Virus record (IMG/VR): IMGVR_UViG_3300025018_000141
Span: 10,392-74,391 of that record
Origin: a virus
Lineage: Duplodnaviria; Caudoviricetes
DNA: 64,000 nucleotides
Strand: one strand, 5' to 3'
Below, one piece after another: positions 38,807-48,220 of this stretch. The number at the start of each line of letters is the position of its first letter. Position 1 is the stretch's first letter. The position numbers were made by a program, and so were the translations under genes. A model generated the notes under the pieces. That model was not told the origin of the DNA and ran no database searches. It was given only the letters and a program-made list of their open reading frames with translations.

Positions 38807-39640
38807 ATGGCAAAATCTAAAAAAAAGATAGAAATCTCCAATAAAAAACCTTCATTAAAGCGTATTGCTGCTGAAATTAACAAAAAGTTTGGATCCAATA
38901 TAATCGGAACTATGAAGGATATGTCAAGTATCAAAACAGAAAGATTCTCTTCTGGCATCAAAAAAATGGATGATGCTATTGGTGGCGGATATCCTACAAG
39001 AAGAATTGTAGAGCTATATGGTGTCCCTTCTGGAGGAAAGAGCCTTATATCTCTTTTAATTATTGCAAGCGCTCAAAAGAAAAAAAGAGAGTGCGTGTAT
39101 ATTGATGTAGAAGATTCTTTTGATCCTGCTTTTGCTACAAAACTAGGAGTGAATATGGATGATCTTATTATTATGCAGTCTTCTATTGGAGAAAGTACTT
39201 TAGAAACAGTCTGTTCTTTGCTTGCCGCAGAACCTGGAGTTATTGTAATAGATTCTGTTGCGGCAATGATTACTCAGGGGGAAATGGACGAAGGTCTTGA
39301 AAAGGCATTCATGGCTCCAAAGGCGCGACTTATGTCTAAAGCATTGGCAAAAATAAACGCATTGAATAAAGATACTCTTATTATCTTTATAAACCAACTA
39401 CGATCAACACTCACAATGTACGGACCGCCAACCACAACAACGGGTGGAAGATCACTTGCCCACTATGCTTCGATTCGAGTTGAAGTAAAAAAGGCGGATA
39501 AGATATTCTTTGAAGATAAAAAAACTAAACCAGTCATAGGACAAGTTGTTGCCTTTAATGTAACAAAGAATAAAACTGCAATTCCCTTCAGGACAGGAAG
39601 CTTTAAGTTCTTTTACGAAGACGGACATATAGAAGAATAA
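38807..39640 (+). CDS. recA: RecA-family recombinase
   Basis: IVELYGVPSGGKS (Walker A), YIDVEDSFDP, VIVIDSVAA, IFINQLR, TTTGGRSLAHYASIRV. Confidence 0.93.
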   Translation: MAKSKKKIEISNKKPSLKRIAAEINKKFGSNIIGTMKDMSSIKTERFSSGIKKMDDAIGGGYPTRRIVELYGVPSGGKSLISLLIIASAQKKKRECVYIDVEDSFDPAFATKLGVNMDDLIIMQSSIGESTLETVCSLLAAEPGVIVIDSVAAMITQGEMDEGLEKAFMAPKARLMSKALAKINALNKDTLIIFINQLRSTLTMYGPPTTTTGGRSLAHYASIRVEVKKADKIFFEDKKTKPVIGQVVAFNVTKNKTAIPFRTGSFKFFYEDGHIEE

Positions 39641-39659
39641 TTATATTGTATAATGTAGT

Positions 39660-40274
39660 ATGACAGATATAGATAAGAATTGGATCGAATACTGCGAACT
39701 TCTGAAAAAAACTGGACGAGAGGGTATAGACAATCTAATCAAATATCTCGAGTCTGTCGATATGAAGGATGATCCAGCATCTGCTAAGTATCATTCAAAC
39801 TACGCTGGCGGACTTGTCAAACATTCTTTAAATGTTTACAAATATGCAATACATAATAATAAAGTCCTCAAATTAGATCTTCCTGAAAACGAAATTATAA
39901 TTGCTTCCTTACTTCACGATATTTGTAAAACAAAATACTACATCAAGGGAACGGCATGGGATAAAGAATGGAAGGATCAATCTAATCAATGGAGAAAAAT
40001 GAAAATATGGAAAGTTGAAGAAGAGTGGCCACTTGGTCACGGAGAAAAGTCTGTTATCATCGCATCTCGCTATGTAGAATTGACCATAGAAGAGATGTCG
40101 GCCATAAGGTGGCATATGGGAGCCTGGGATGTTTCATTACACTTCTTTTATCCAAATGGATCTCCGTTTAAATCTGCTACTGAAAGATATCCAATTGTCA
40201 AGCTATTAATGATTGCCGATCAAGCTGCTGAACTCTACGAATCAATTCATGAAAAAAAAGAAGAAGTTTACTAA
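39660..40274 (+). CDS. HD-domain hydrolase
   Basis: YHSNYAGGLVKHS, LLHDICK, GHGEKS, AIRWHMG, IAD. Confidence 0.85.
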   Translation: MTDIDKNWIEYCELLKKTGREGIDNLIKYLESVDMKDDPASAKYHSNYAGGLVKHSLNVYKYAIHNNKVLKLDLPENEIIIASLLHDICKTKYYIKGTAWDKEWKDQSNQWRKMKIWKVEEEWPLGHGEKSVIIASRYVELTIEEMSAIRWHMGAWDVSLHFFYPNGSPFKSATERYPIVKLLMIADQAAELYESIHEKKEEVY

Positions 40275-40584
40275 TACAGGAACCGCCTGGAAAAAGAAGG
40301 AAAAAAAAGATAGTAGGGATTTTGGCGGGCAAATGGTAAAGGGAAGTGGAAATTCATGGGCAAATCCTGGAGATGTGAAGACGATAGATTTTTTAATCGA
40401 GGTAAAGCAAACAGATAAGAAATCATATTCTGTTTCGCTTGAAAAATGGCAGAAAATTTCGGACGAAGCACTTTTTTCATACCGCATTCCTTTAATGTCT
40501 ATTTTAATTAAAGACGTTGAATTAATAATAATGGAAAAGGGTGATTTTTTAAAACTACTTAAGCAGACAGAGTTGATAGAATAA
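40249..40584 (+). CDS. PD-(D/E)XK nuclease / Holliday-junction-resolvase-like
   Basis: GSG..GDV..LIEVKQT. Confidence 0.7.
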   Translation: MKKKKKFTNTGTAWKKKEKKDSRDFGGQMVKGSGNSWANPGDVKTIDFLIEVKQTDKKSYSVSLEKWQKISDEALFSYRIPLMSILIKDVELIIMEKGDFLKLLKQTELIE

Positions 40585-40722
40585 TCTTTTCATTAATTTT
40601 ATCTTTATTACCCCCTTCTTCTGGAGTGATGAAAATATAACTTTCCCATTTTTATCAGTACAAATTCAAGATAAAGAGATAGTCGTACTATTTAAGGAAG
40701 ATTTTTTGCATTTTATAAAAAA

Positions 40723-40798
40723 AGACTAGGGTTGGGTGAACACTAACCAAAACACTCACATGTAGTATGTGAAAATAAGGAAGTACCAACCCTAGTCT
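40723..40798. repeat. 13-bp perfect inverted repeat enclosing a hairpin, between convergent genes
   Basis: AGACTAGGGTTGG...CCAACCCTAGTCT with inner TCACAT/ATGTGA. Confidence 0.8.
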
Positions 40799-40811
40799 GA
40801 CATAAATTATA

Positions 40812-41237
40812 TCATAGTCTTAATTTGTTCTTTATAATAGATATGACGAGCGAATCATGACCTGAACTCGGGTATACTCTTTTTATAACTTCTGGATTTT
40901 CAAGAGCTGTGTCGTTTTTCAATATTCCCACCTTCATGAGTCCATCTACTATCATTTTATCATCAAGATTACTAGTATCAATTGATCGTTTTCCCTTGTA
41001 GTATGCTTCTATTATCACAGTGGCGAATGATATGTCTTCTCTATTTTTTGCATATGCTTGTATGAGATCTGCTATTTCATCTCTATATTTTTGATATGTT
41101 CTCCAGTGAGCTGTCACTGTTCTATTTCTTGATTTTGCTCTATAATCGGGGATTGTAATTACGTTTTTATTATGAGAAGAAGCTCCACTAGCGTGGTTGA
41201 TTTTAGATGGAAGCAGAATGTTGGGGTTTATAGCCAT
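40812..41237 (-). CDS. rusA: RusA-like Holliday junction resolvase
   Basis: IDTSNLDDKMIVDGLMKVGILKND. Confidence 0.7.
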   Translation of the reverse strand: MAINPNILLPSKINHASGASSHNKNVITIPDYRAKSRNRTVTAHWRTYQKYRDEIADLIQAYAKNREDISFATVIIEAYYKGKRSIDTSNLDDKMIVDGLMKVGILKNDTALENPEVIKRVYPSSGHDSLVISIIKNKLRL

Positions 41238-41416
41238 GAGTAATCCTCTGGCATATTATCCCTCTTATTTTCTGGTGCCCACCAGCCCATTTTGTTAGCT
41301 TTTAAATATGCTCTTGAGCATTTTGTAGAACAGAATTTTTTCTTACTAAATCGTTTCTTGCTTTCAAACTTTCTCTTGATAAGCTCGCCATCACATTGAA
41401 GACATTTTCTCTCCAT
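41228..41416 (-). CDS. Small Zn-finger protein
   Basis: CLQC..KKFCSTKC. Confidence 0.55.
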   Translation of the reverse strand: MERKCLQCDGELIKRKFESKKRFSKKKFCSTKCSRAYLKANKMGWWAPENKRDNMPEDYSWL

Positions 41417-41564
41417 GATGCAGAAAGTAAGAAATCATTGTAAATTTTAGTGATAATGACATCCTTACTAATATCAAGCTAGCACACTAATTTAATATAC
41501 GCAAGAGGTCAGTCTTGCATATTATAATGGGGATGACGTGAAACTTAATAGTGGTGGGTAGATT

Positions 41565-41876
41565 TTAGGCGATTACTGTCTCTGCTCCAAAATATTTATC
41601 ATCTTTTTCAAGCAGTTCAATGATTAGGTTTGCTTCTTCTCTTGAATATTTTCTCCAAGTTTTTTTCTTTTCTTCTCCAGAAATATTTTCTGGTCGGCCT
41701 GGAAAATTTAATTTAGCTTCTTTTCTGTAGAATGTCGGACGCGTGACTGGTAAACGTTTAGTTTTTACCCCATGTTTATTCATCTTCCACATTCTATCTT
41801 CTGGTAGCTTTTTGTTATAAATGTCCCAAATTTCCTGTAGGATTAATCCAACAGTAATGTACGGAAATACTCTCAT
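41565..41876 (-). CDS. Putative HTH DNA-binding protein (MerR/Xis-like)
   Basis: VTRPTFYRKE..WRKYSREE pattern. Confidence 0.45.
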   Translation of the reverse strand: MRVFPYITVGLILQEIWDIYNKKLPEDRMWKMNKHGVKTKRLPVTRPTFYRKEAKLNFPGRPENISGEEKKKTWRKYSREEANLIIELLEKDDKYFGAETVIA

Positions 41877-41882
41877 ATGTTT

Positions 41883-42338
41883 TCACCTCCCCTTAACGGG
41901 AATAAATTTTAATTTTAGAAAGGGGATTTTTCCCTCAATTTCTAAGTGATGCTTTCTACAAAACCATTTAACTTTTAATGGACTTCTATAATCTGGATGA
42001 TGAGCCTCTACATTTTCATCTCCACAAATTTCACATAGTAATTTTTTTAACCTGCCATCTCTTAAAGCATTAGATACTGCATATCTACACCGAGCTTTAC
42101 CCTTATTTTTTCCCCTTCTTTTTCTCTGATACTCTAAAGCCATTTTTCTACGTTCTGGTCTTTTCCAACGCTCTTTTTCATATTCTACATAATGCTCTCT
42201 ATTATTTCGATAATTTTTATTAACATCAGCCTTAGTACATAATTTACATTTGTTCAGAAATCCATCAGCCATTTGATTATGTTTATAAAATTCATCTATC
42301 TCCTTCATAACACCACATTTACAACATTTTTTTTTCAT
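41883..42338 (-). CDS. Zn-finger/HNH-like phage protein
   Basis: CCKCG..CKLC; CEICG..EAHHPDY..WFCRKHH. Confidence 0.7.
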   Translation of the reverse strand: MKKKCCKCGVMKEIDEFYKHNQMADGFLNKCKLCTKADVNKNYRNNREHYVEYEKERWKRPERRKMALEYQRKRRGKNKGKARCRYAVSNALRDGRLKKLLCEICGDENVEAHHPDYRSPLKVKWFCRKHHLEIEGKIPFLKLKFIPVKGR

Positions 42339-42386
42339 TTATCAACTATACACAGAACTAGAACGGTTGTCAAGTCTAAAATGGTG

Positions 42387-43127
42387 TCAAAATGGAATAT
42401 CATCATTGTTGATATCTTCATCCTCGTCTTCTTTTTTATCTTTCTTTTTTTCAATGGGTCCTTTTCTATCAGGAAAATCATCTAACCCATCAGCACTGCT
42501 ATTGTCCTTGCTCTCTTCACTTGAATTGCTTTGCTGTTGATTGGCGGCACTTCCATCGAGTTCTTTATTTGGCTCATTTTGTTCTATTTTTTTCGCCAAC
42601 TTTTTAAACTCATTGAAATACCATTCATCTTGATCTGTCCAGTCCCATACTTTTTCGCCCTGCTTTTCTTTTTGAACTGGTTGTGGAACTCCATTTGGAT
42701 TTGCTTTATTAGAAAATCTCTTGATTCCCTTCCCATCTTGAAGAATAAATACGCGAGAATATCCATCTTCATCTTTGTTTGCAATGAAGGTAAGCTTTTC
42801 TGCGATATTACAACCTGGAGATAAAAGTGTATTAATAATGTCTTTATTTTGTGGATTATCAAGTCCTCCATTAAATTGAACTTGTACTTCATCATCTAGA
42901 GTAACATTCATACTTTTGAATGTTTTCCCATCAAACTCATTTGATCTGAGCTCTATTTTGGTAATAATTCCCGATGTGTGATTATAAAGTCTTTCATAAA
43001 TGACTTTTCCACTTTTTAGCGTTCGCTCTACAGCCTTCTCTACATCTTTTTTCACTCGTTGTGCAAGATATCCATTTACCACTGAAAGATAAACAATGTT
43101 GGAATTTGATTCTCCTAATGTTGCCAT
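42387..43127 (-). CDS. Putative single-strand DNA binding/annealing protein
   Basis: Acidic tail ending DDIPF. Confidence 0.6.
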   Translation of the reverse strand: MATLGESNSNIVYLSVVNGYLAQRVKKDVEKAVERTLKSGKVIYERLYNHTSGIITKIELRSNEFDGKTFKSMNVTLDDEVQVQFNGGLDNPQNKDIINTLLSPGCNIAEKLTFIANKDEDGYSRVFILQDGKGIKRFSNKANPNGVPQPVQKEKQGEKVWDWTDQDEWYFNEFKKLAKKIEQNEPNKELDGSAANQQQSNSSEESKDNSSADGLDDFPDRKGPIEKKKDKKEDEDEDINNDDIPF

Positions 43128-43211
43128 AAAAAATTTATATTAATTTATAATTTTTTAACTAATTTATATAATTGTCGTTATTATATCAATTTTATATATA
43201 TTTGTCAATAA

Positions 43212-43790
43212 CTAAGCTATTCTTTTAAATGAAAGCCTGTTTCCAACTATGTTAATTTTACTTTTATTTGTCAAAAATTCTTGGACTACTGATCCTCCAA
43301 TTGACGCTACCATATTAACAAAAGACGATGCGCCTTGCATTTCACAAATATCAAACCCTGACGTAATATCAGACGGGACAGTATAATTTTCAGCCCATTC
43401 AATAGCAAATGTAAATGTATCTGAAAAACCCATATGCAATAGTTCAATTTTTTCCTGAATTGCTATTTTTTGTAAAGCAGACCGAGCATTATAATTATCA
43501 AAGCAATCTATTATTAAACCATATGAACCTGCACTGTAGAAAGTTTTGTTGATATTAACACTCAATATTTCAATCTCTTTTTGAAACTGTTTATAAATAT
43601 TAAACTGGAGAGCCTCAATTTTTGACAATCCAACTTGACTGGGCATATAGAATTGTGTGCCAGCCACTGTATTTCGCTCTTCTACCGTGTCTCGGTCTAA
43701 AACAGTTATAATATGACCTCTTAGATCTGAAACGAGCCTAGCGGTCAAATTAGAGCCTATGGCACCAATTCCAGCGATTAGTATATTCAT
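43212..43790 (-). CDS. ThiF/E1-family adenylating enzyme (short type, E1-A)
   Basis: ILIAGIGAIGS, LDRDTVEERN, GLSKIEAL, IIDCFDN, late Cys (FDICE). Confidence 0.88.
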   Translation of the reverse strand: MNILIAGIGAIGSNLTARLVSDLRGHIITVLDRDTVEERNTVAGTQFYMPSQVGLSKIEALQFNIYKQFQKEIEILSVNINKTFYSAGSYGLIIDCFDNYNARSALQKIAIQEKIELLHMGFSDTFTFAIEWAENYTVPSDITSGFDICEMQGASSFVNMVASIGGSVVQEFLTNKSKINIVGNRLSFKRIA

Positions 43791-44410
43791 AGTAATTCTC
43801 CATTCTCGTTATATATTTCACTGGTATTAAAATTATTATAATTTCTTGGAATTTCAGTATGTTTTTTTTTGAAAATAATACTATTTTTTTTATTTTGATG
43901 TGGTGCTTCGCCAATCTGAACTTTTTCAGTTATTTCGTCTATTGCGGCAAGCTTTACTTCTCTGTCTTCGTATGAAATTTCCCATGGAATATTTGGAATA
44001 GTACACCGAATAGGAGAATATATATCAACTTGTGCTAGTAGTTCTTCTTTTTTATTTGTAACAATAGAAAGCATCCAATTACTGCGATCTGTTTCGTTGT
44101 CAAAATCACTAATCGTATTTAGATCTACAGAGCTAAAAAAAACATCCATATCGGCGTGGGAATGCCACCATAACTTCCAGTCGGCCAAATCTCCACCCTC
44201 GACAAGAATATCGTCATAAAATTTTCCGAGCTCTCTTCGATCCAATACTGTTTCTGTTCTGGTAACTCGTTGACGAAAAATTTTCACATCCTGTACTAAA
44301 ATAACATCATCAACTCTTTGAATTTTTCCAAGTCCACTGATTTCGTACTTAATTCCATTAACATATGCCCGCATTTTTTGATAAACCTTTACTGGAAATA
44401 TAATTTTCAT
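43787..44410 (-). CDS. JAB/MPN metallopeptidase (JAB-B)
   Basis: EISG..WWHSHADMDVFFSSVD (E..HxH..S..D JAMM motif). Confidence 0.85.
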   Translation of the reverse strand: MKIIFPVKVYQKMRAYVNGIKYEISGLGKIQRVDDVILVQDVKIFRQRVTRTETVLDRRELGKFYDDILVEGGDLADWKLWWHSHADMDVFFSSVDLNTISDFDNETDRSNWMLSIVTNKKEELLAQVDIYSPIRCTIPNIPWEISYEDREVKLAAIDEITEKVQIGEAPHQNKKNSIIFKKKHTEIPRNYNNFNTSEIYNENGELL

Positions 44411-44451
44411 AATATTTAAATTTAAAACGTAGGTCTAAATGTATCATTCAG

Positions 44452-45975
44452 TTAACTTTGCTGTTCTGTTAATCTTCGACTATATTCCTGCTGGCTTTCT
44501 ACTTGTTGCAAACCTCGTAGTACATTTTCAGCAGTCATACTTTGCTCTGATATTCTGTCTCGCGCTCTGCTTCGCCCAAATGTTGGATATTCACAAGTTA
44601 TTCTAAAAATATTTCCTCGAGTCAACAACCTTGAAATCATACCCCTTTCGAAATCTTGTTCATTGGCAAAAAAACGTGAGACAATTCTGCCTTGATCCAT
44701 AACTGAGTCCGCCCTCTCTGTCATCATCATTGGTATCCCATTTCTTAGTTCAAAACTTACATAAATCATAAACTGATGATCTCCTCTTGATCTGATCTCT
44801 ATGTCGACGGCTTTCCAATCTGAGCCGCGCTCTCCTGTTTGGGGGAGGCCACTCATTTCTTGTTTTATTAAATCTAAAAAGTAATATGCTGCCCTAGATT
44901 TTAAACCAACTCTGTAAAGAACTTCTAGAAAATCCCTATCAACTTCTTGATCTAAGGAGCTACTTGTTGCTCCTCCATAATATCTTCTTATTTCTTCAGT
45001 CGACATTGCCGAAGATTGAGAGTTTATTAAACCAACGGAGCTCTCATCATATGTCAAATATTCGGATGTACTAGTTGCAGTAGAACCATCAGAGACTACA
45101 AGGTCCTGCATCTGCCTTGCCAATTCTTCTGGCACTCCACTTATCCTATCAAGCTTGTTTAATTGGTCGTGTTTCTCAAAATTATAGCCTTTCTTTGTTT
45201 TTTTTGCATTTTCTAAAAATTGTTCCCACCCAAGTTCTTTATCACCATCTTTTCCTAAATATCCAGCCCTTGTTTCTGGACTTTTAATATAATCAATTAA
45301 ATCGATTATGAGCTCATAAAGATCTTGAGAAGAAAATTCATTTTCAATGTCTTGTCCAATGTTCCCCCAACAGGGTTTTGTTCTTAAAATTGTTGGGCTG
45401 TCGTAGTCTCCAAAGCGTTGGTCAATATTTAAAATCTGAATAGCTTCGTGATATGAATTTTCAGAAAAATCAATTCGTATTTGATATCTTCCTATTTCTT
45501 TTGGTTTGTCCCATCCATCCTTTACTACTGTTAATGGAGTGGTGGTTATAATAACCCTCTTATAAGAATCTACGGAAAACTTATCAATAAGTGGATATTT
45601 TTTAAGCTTAGTTATAACTCGACGATAAGAAGCAACAAGTTCTGCTCTTTTAGTTTGAGTAAGAATATTAAACTTTTCTTCCAAGTTTGTCTTATTTTGG
45701 GTGACTATTCGTAATTTCTTTGCCTTTTCTTCCATAGTTTTTACCATTTGTTCTTCTTCTTCCTTTTTGATTTTTAGCTTTTCACCAATAAATTTAGCTT
45801 TTTCTTTTGCAAAATGAGCCACAGTTTCCGCTACTCCTTCTATTTTTTTTGATTTTCGTTTTGTTGTTTTTTTGCCAATAGAGCCAGACCACAATGAGGT
45901 TGTGCCTGGCTCACTTGACGTTGCCAAGTCGACCCCTAAAGTTAGTTCAGGCATTGGCGGTATAAATGATGCCAT
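44452..45975 (-). CDS. Prokaryotic E2/UBC-like protein with coiled-coil N-terminus and unknown C-terminus
   Basis: IGRYQIRIDF..YDSPTILRTKPCWGN..LYELIIDLIDYI; lies between the Ubl and JAB genes. Confidence 0.6.
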   Translation of the reverse strand: MASFIPPMPELTLGVDLATSSEPGTTSLWSGSIGKKTTKRKSKKIEGVAETVAHFAKEKAKFIGEKLKIKKEEEEQMVKTMEEKAKKLRIVTQNKTNLEEKFNILTQTKRAELVASYRRVITKLKKYPLIDKFSVDSYKRVIITTTPLTVVKDGWDKPKEIGRYQIRIDFSENSYHEAIQILNIDQRFGDYDSPTILRTKPCWGNIGQDIENEFSSQDLYELIIDLIDYIKSPETRAGYLGKDGDKELGWEQFLENAKKTKKGYNFEKHDQLNKLDRISGVPEELARQMQDLVVSDGSTATSTSEYLTYDESSVGLINSQSSAMSTEEIRRYYGGATSSSLDQEVDRDFLEVLYRVGLKSRAAYYFLDLIKQEMSGLPQTGERGSDWKAVDIEIRSRGDHQFMIYVSFELRNGIPMMMTERADSVMDQGRIVSRFFANEQDFERGMISRLLTRGNIFRITCEYPTFGRSRARDRISEQSMTAENVLRGLQQVESQQEYSRRLTEQQS

Positions 45976-45977
45976 TT

Positions 45978-46217
45978 TTATTTTCCTCCACCTTCAATGT
46001 TTTTTACTAAAATTACGCGATCTCCTTCTTCGAGATCTGTATACATATCATCGACTTCTTCTCCGTTTACATTGACGATTTCTGATTCTTTTTTGGAAAA
46101 ACCAGCCGCTTTGATTGCTGCCATAACAGTTCTATCTCCGTTTAGAGAATAGTCTTCTGCTTTGGATCCTGCACGACCAACTTTAACCATAATGTCTCCT
46201 GCTTTCTTTTTACCCAT
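45978..46217 (-). CDS. Ubiquitin-like beta-grasp protein (Ubl-B)
   Basis: TVMAAIKAAG..VNVNGEEV..LEEGDRVILVKNIEGG-GK; ThiS/MoaD-like pattern with a diglycine followed by a 2-residue extension. Confidence 0.85.
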   Translation of the reverse strand: MGKKKAGDIMVKVGRAGSKAEDYSLNGDRTVMAAIKAAGFSKKESEIVNVNGEEVDDMYTDLEEGDRVILVKNIEGGGK

Positions 46218-46251
46218 ATTATTTTCACCCCCTTTCAATTTTGTTTTCTTT

Positions 46252-46917
46252 TTAAAAAAATTTAACATTTTTTATATCTAAATTTATATTAAAAGGAATC
46301 TCTTCCTTTTTTGCATATTTTTTAACAAGATTTGCCACCAATCCCCCACACATAAAAACATTGTATACCACTGATCTTTCGGTACAGGGAGCCTGATAGG
46401 GTTTTTTATTGGGGTCGAGTGTCTTTATGTAGTTATGGATCGAATGAGAGCTTAAAGGACTAGCAAGAAGTATCCGAATAAGATCGCCAGCCATTCTTAC
46501 GTCTATGTATAAATCAAACTTAAAAGGAATGTCTTTCATGAAGGTTTCCCAAACTTTTCTTCTTTCTTCTATAGAATCAACACCACAAATAATAATTTTT
46601 GCATATTCTTCTGGTATTTCATCATAAAATTTGTTTTTTATTGTTTTTATAGAAAATCCTGTTTCTTTTAGAATTTTATCTTTTAAGGCGTCTACTTTAA
46701 ATTTTCCCATGTCTTCTGGAGAATAATATTGCGCAGGAGTATTTTTTTCTTCTACAGTGTCAAAATCAAATACCGTGATATCTTGGCAGCCCATCTTTGT
46801 GAGTGCTAATGTGGTCCAACTTCCAATTCCGCCAGCTCCTATAACCCAAATCGGAAACTCTAATTCATCTGGCCTAACAATATCCAATTGTCGTGCGTAT
46901 GTTTTATTTTGGTTCAT
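46252..46917 (-). CDS. ThiF/E1-family adenylating enzyme (E1-B)
   Basis: YARQLDI, IGAGGIGS, FDFDTVEEKN, GKFKVDAL, GVDSIEER, YIDVRM, APCT. Confidence 0.9.
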   Translation of the reverse strand: MNQNKTYARQLDIVRPDELEFPIWVIGAGGIGSWTTLALTKMGCQDITVFDFDTVEEKNTPAQYYSPEDMGKFKVDALKDKILKETGFSIKTIKNKFYDEIPEEYAKIIICGVDSIEERRKVWETFMKDIPFKFDLYIDVRMAGDLIRILLASPLSSHSIHNYIKTLDPNKKPYQAPCTERSVVYNVFMCGGLVANLVKKYAKKEEIPFNINLDIKNVKFF

Positions 46918-47002
46918 ATTAAAAGTGTGAATAGTATTATGCTAATTCGACAAAATTGATTCATATTATATATAATATACCAAATTATAATAAATTTGTC
47001 AA

Positions 47003-48220
47003 TCAGCTTTTATTCATAAAAGGAATAACTTCCCCAAATGGAACACTGTATTCGGGTTTTTGTGTGGTAATACCAGAATGTACTAACCAGAAAACAGGAT
47101 ATGACGGAGCTTCATCTGGAAAACTTCCATCAGTATCGGTAAAATAGAATAAAGCCCTTGGATGTACTCTTCTAGACTCAATTTCATCAAAAACAGGCTC
47201 AAATGCAGTACCCCCACCACCATTAAATTTCATATCTTCAAAAGACATGGTGCTATCTATCTCTTGGAATTCATGTATTTGACTATCACACACGACAGAC
47301 CAACCTCTCAAGTTTGGAAATCCATTTAAAAGGTTGAGCGTTTCTTGATAAAAAGATTTCAAATATTCATCTTGAATCGATCCCGACGTATCATATGCAA
47401 ATACAACATCTTTTAAATTATCAACAGAATATGTTCCAGGAAATAAAAAGTCTCCATCTAAAAATCGCCTGTCTGGTTGGTAAAAAGAATAATCATTTAC
47501 ATCTTCTGAAAGTATTGAAGAAATAATACTATTCCAGTCCAATGAGGGAATATAGTGAGAATCTCTAATTATTCTTTGTAGATTTGAAGGAAGGTTTCCA
47601 TAATGTTTTGATATAACTTCTTCAAATGCGCGCTCCCAACTCTCCTCGACATTACTTTTTTCTTTTGGGCTCATTTGTTTTTTCTTTCCAAATATTTTTT
47701 TAAGAATATTTGTTTCTTTTTTACTCTGACCTTCCCATGGGTCTTTTTCACACCACGACTGTTCTCCGTCTCCTTTTTCATCAGATTTTTCATCTTTGCC
47801 CTTTCCTCCCTTTTCCTTGCCACTATTTTTCGGAAGTCTGTCGTATATTTGTTCAGCCGACATTCCCTTATATTTTTTATTTAAAAGAGAACCCTTTGGA
47901 AGAGGAAATGTTTCAACGACGGTTGTATTTATCGCATAATCTGTCGCAATATTCCATTTACTAAAATCTCTTTTTCCTATTCTCCATAAATGATTCATCG
48001 CGCAGTGAAGTACTTCATGAAAGAAAACGCCACACAGTTCTTCATCACTTAATGTGTCTGTAAATTTATGGTTGAACAAAATAGTTTTACCATCAGTACA
48101 TAATGTGCTAGTCTCAGAGCTTTCTTTTAAATCTAGTTTATATACGAGAGAAGAGAGGAAGGGTTCCCGATCTGTCATTACTTCTCTTATTCTTTTAAAT
48201 CTATCTATTGGTGTTTCCAT
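47003..48220 (-). CDS. HExxH metallopeptidase + vWA domain protein (DUF2201-like)
   Basis: TLCTDG, HEVLHC, WNIATD..IN; YDTSGSI (MIDAS), GGGGTAF, FTDTDG. Confidence 0.9.
   Translation of the reverse strand: METPIDRFKRIREVMTDREPFLSSLVYKLDLKESSETSTLCTDGKTILFNHKFTDTLSDEELCGVFFHEVLHCAMNHLWRIGKRDFSKWNIATDYAINTTVVETFPLPKGSLLNKKYKGMSAEQIYDRLPKNSGKEKGGKGKDEKSDEKGDGEQSWCEKDPWEGQSKKETNILKKIFGKKKQMSPKEKSNVEESWERAFEEVISKHYGNLPSNLQRIIRDSHYIPSLDWNSIISSILSEDVNDYSFYQPDRRFLDGDFLFPGTYSVDNLKDVVFAYDTSGSIQDEYLKSFYQETLNLLNGFPNLRGWSVVCDSQIHEFQEIDSTMSFEDMKFNGGGGTAFEPVFDEIESRRVHPRALFYFTDTDGSFPDEAPSYPVFWLVHSGITTQKPEYSVPFGEVIPFMNKS

Noticed and set aside
43212-46917. Thiamine/molybdopterin sulfur-relay interpretation of the ThiF and ThiS-like genes
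   Set aside because: There are no thiG, moaE, cysteine desulfurase or rhodanese genes nearby, whereas E2-like and JAB genes are adjacent.
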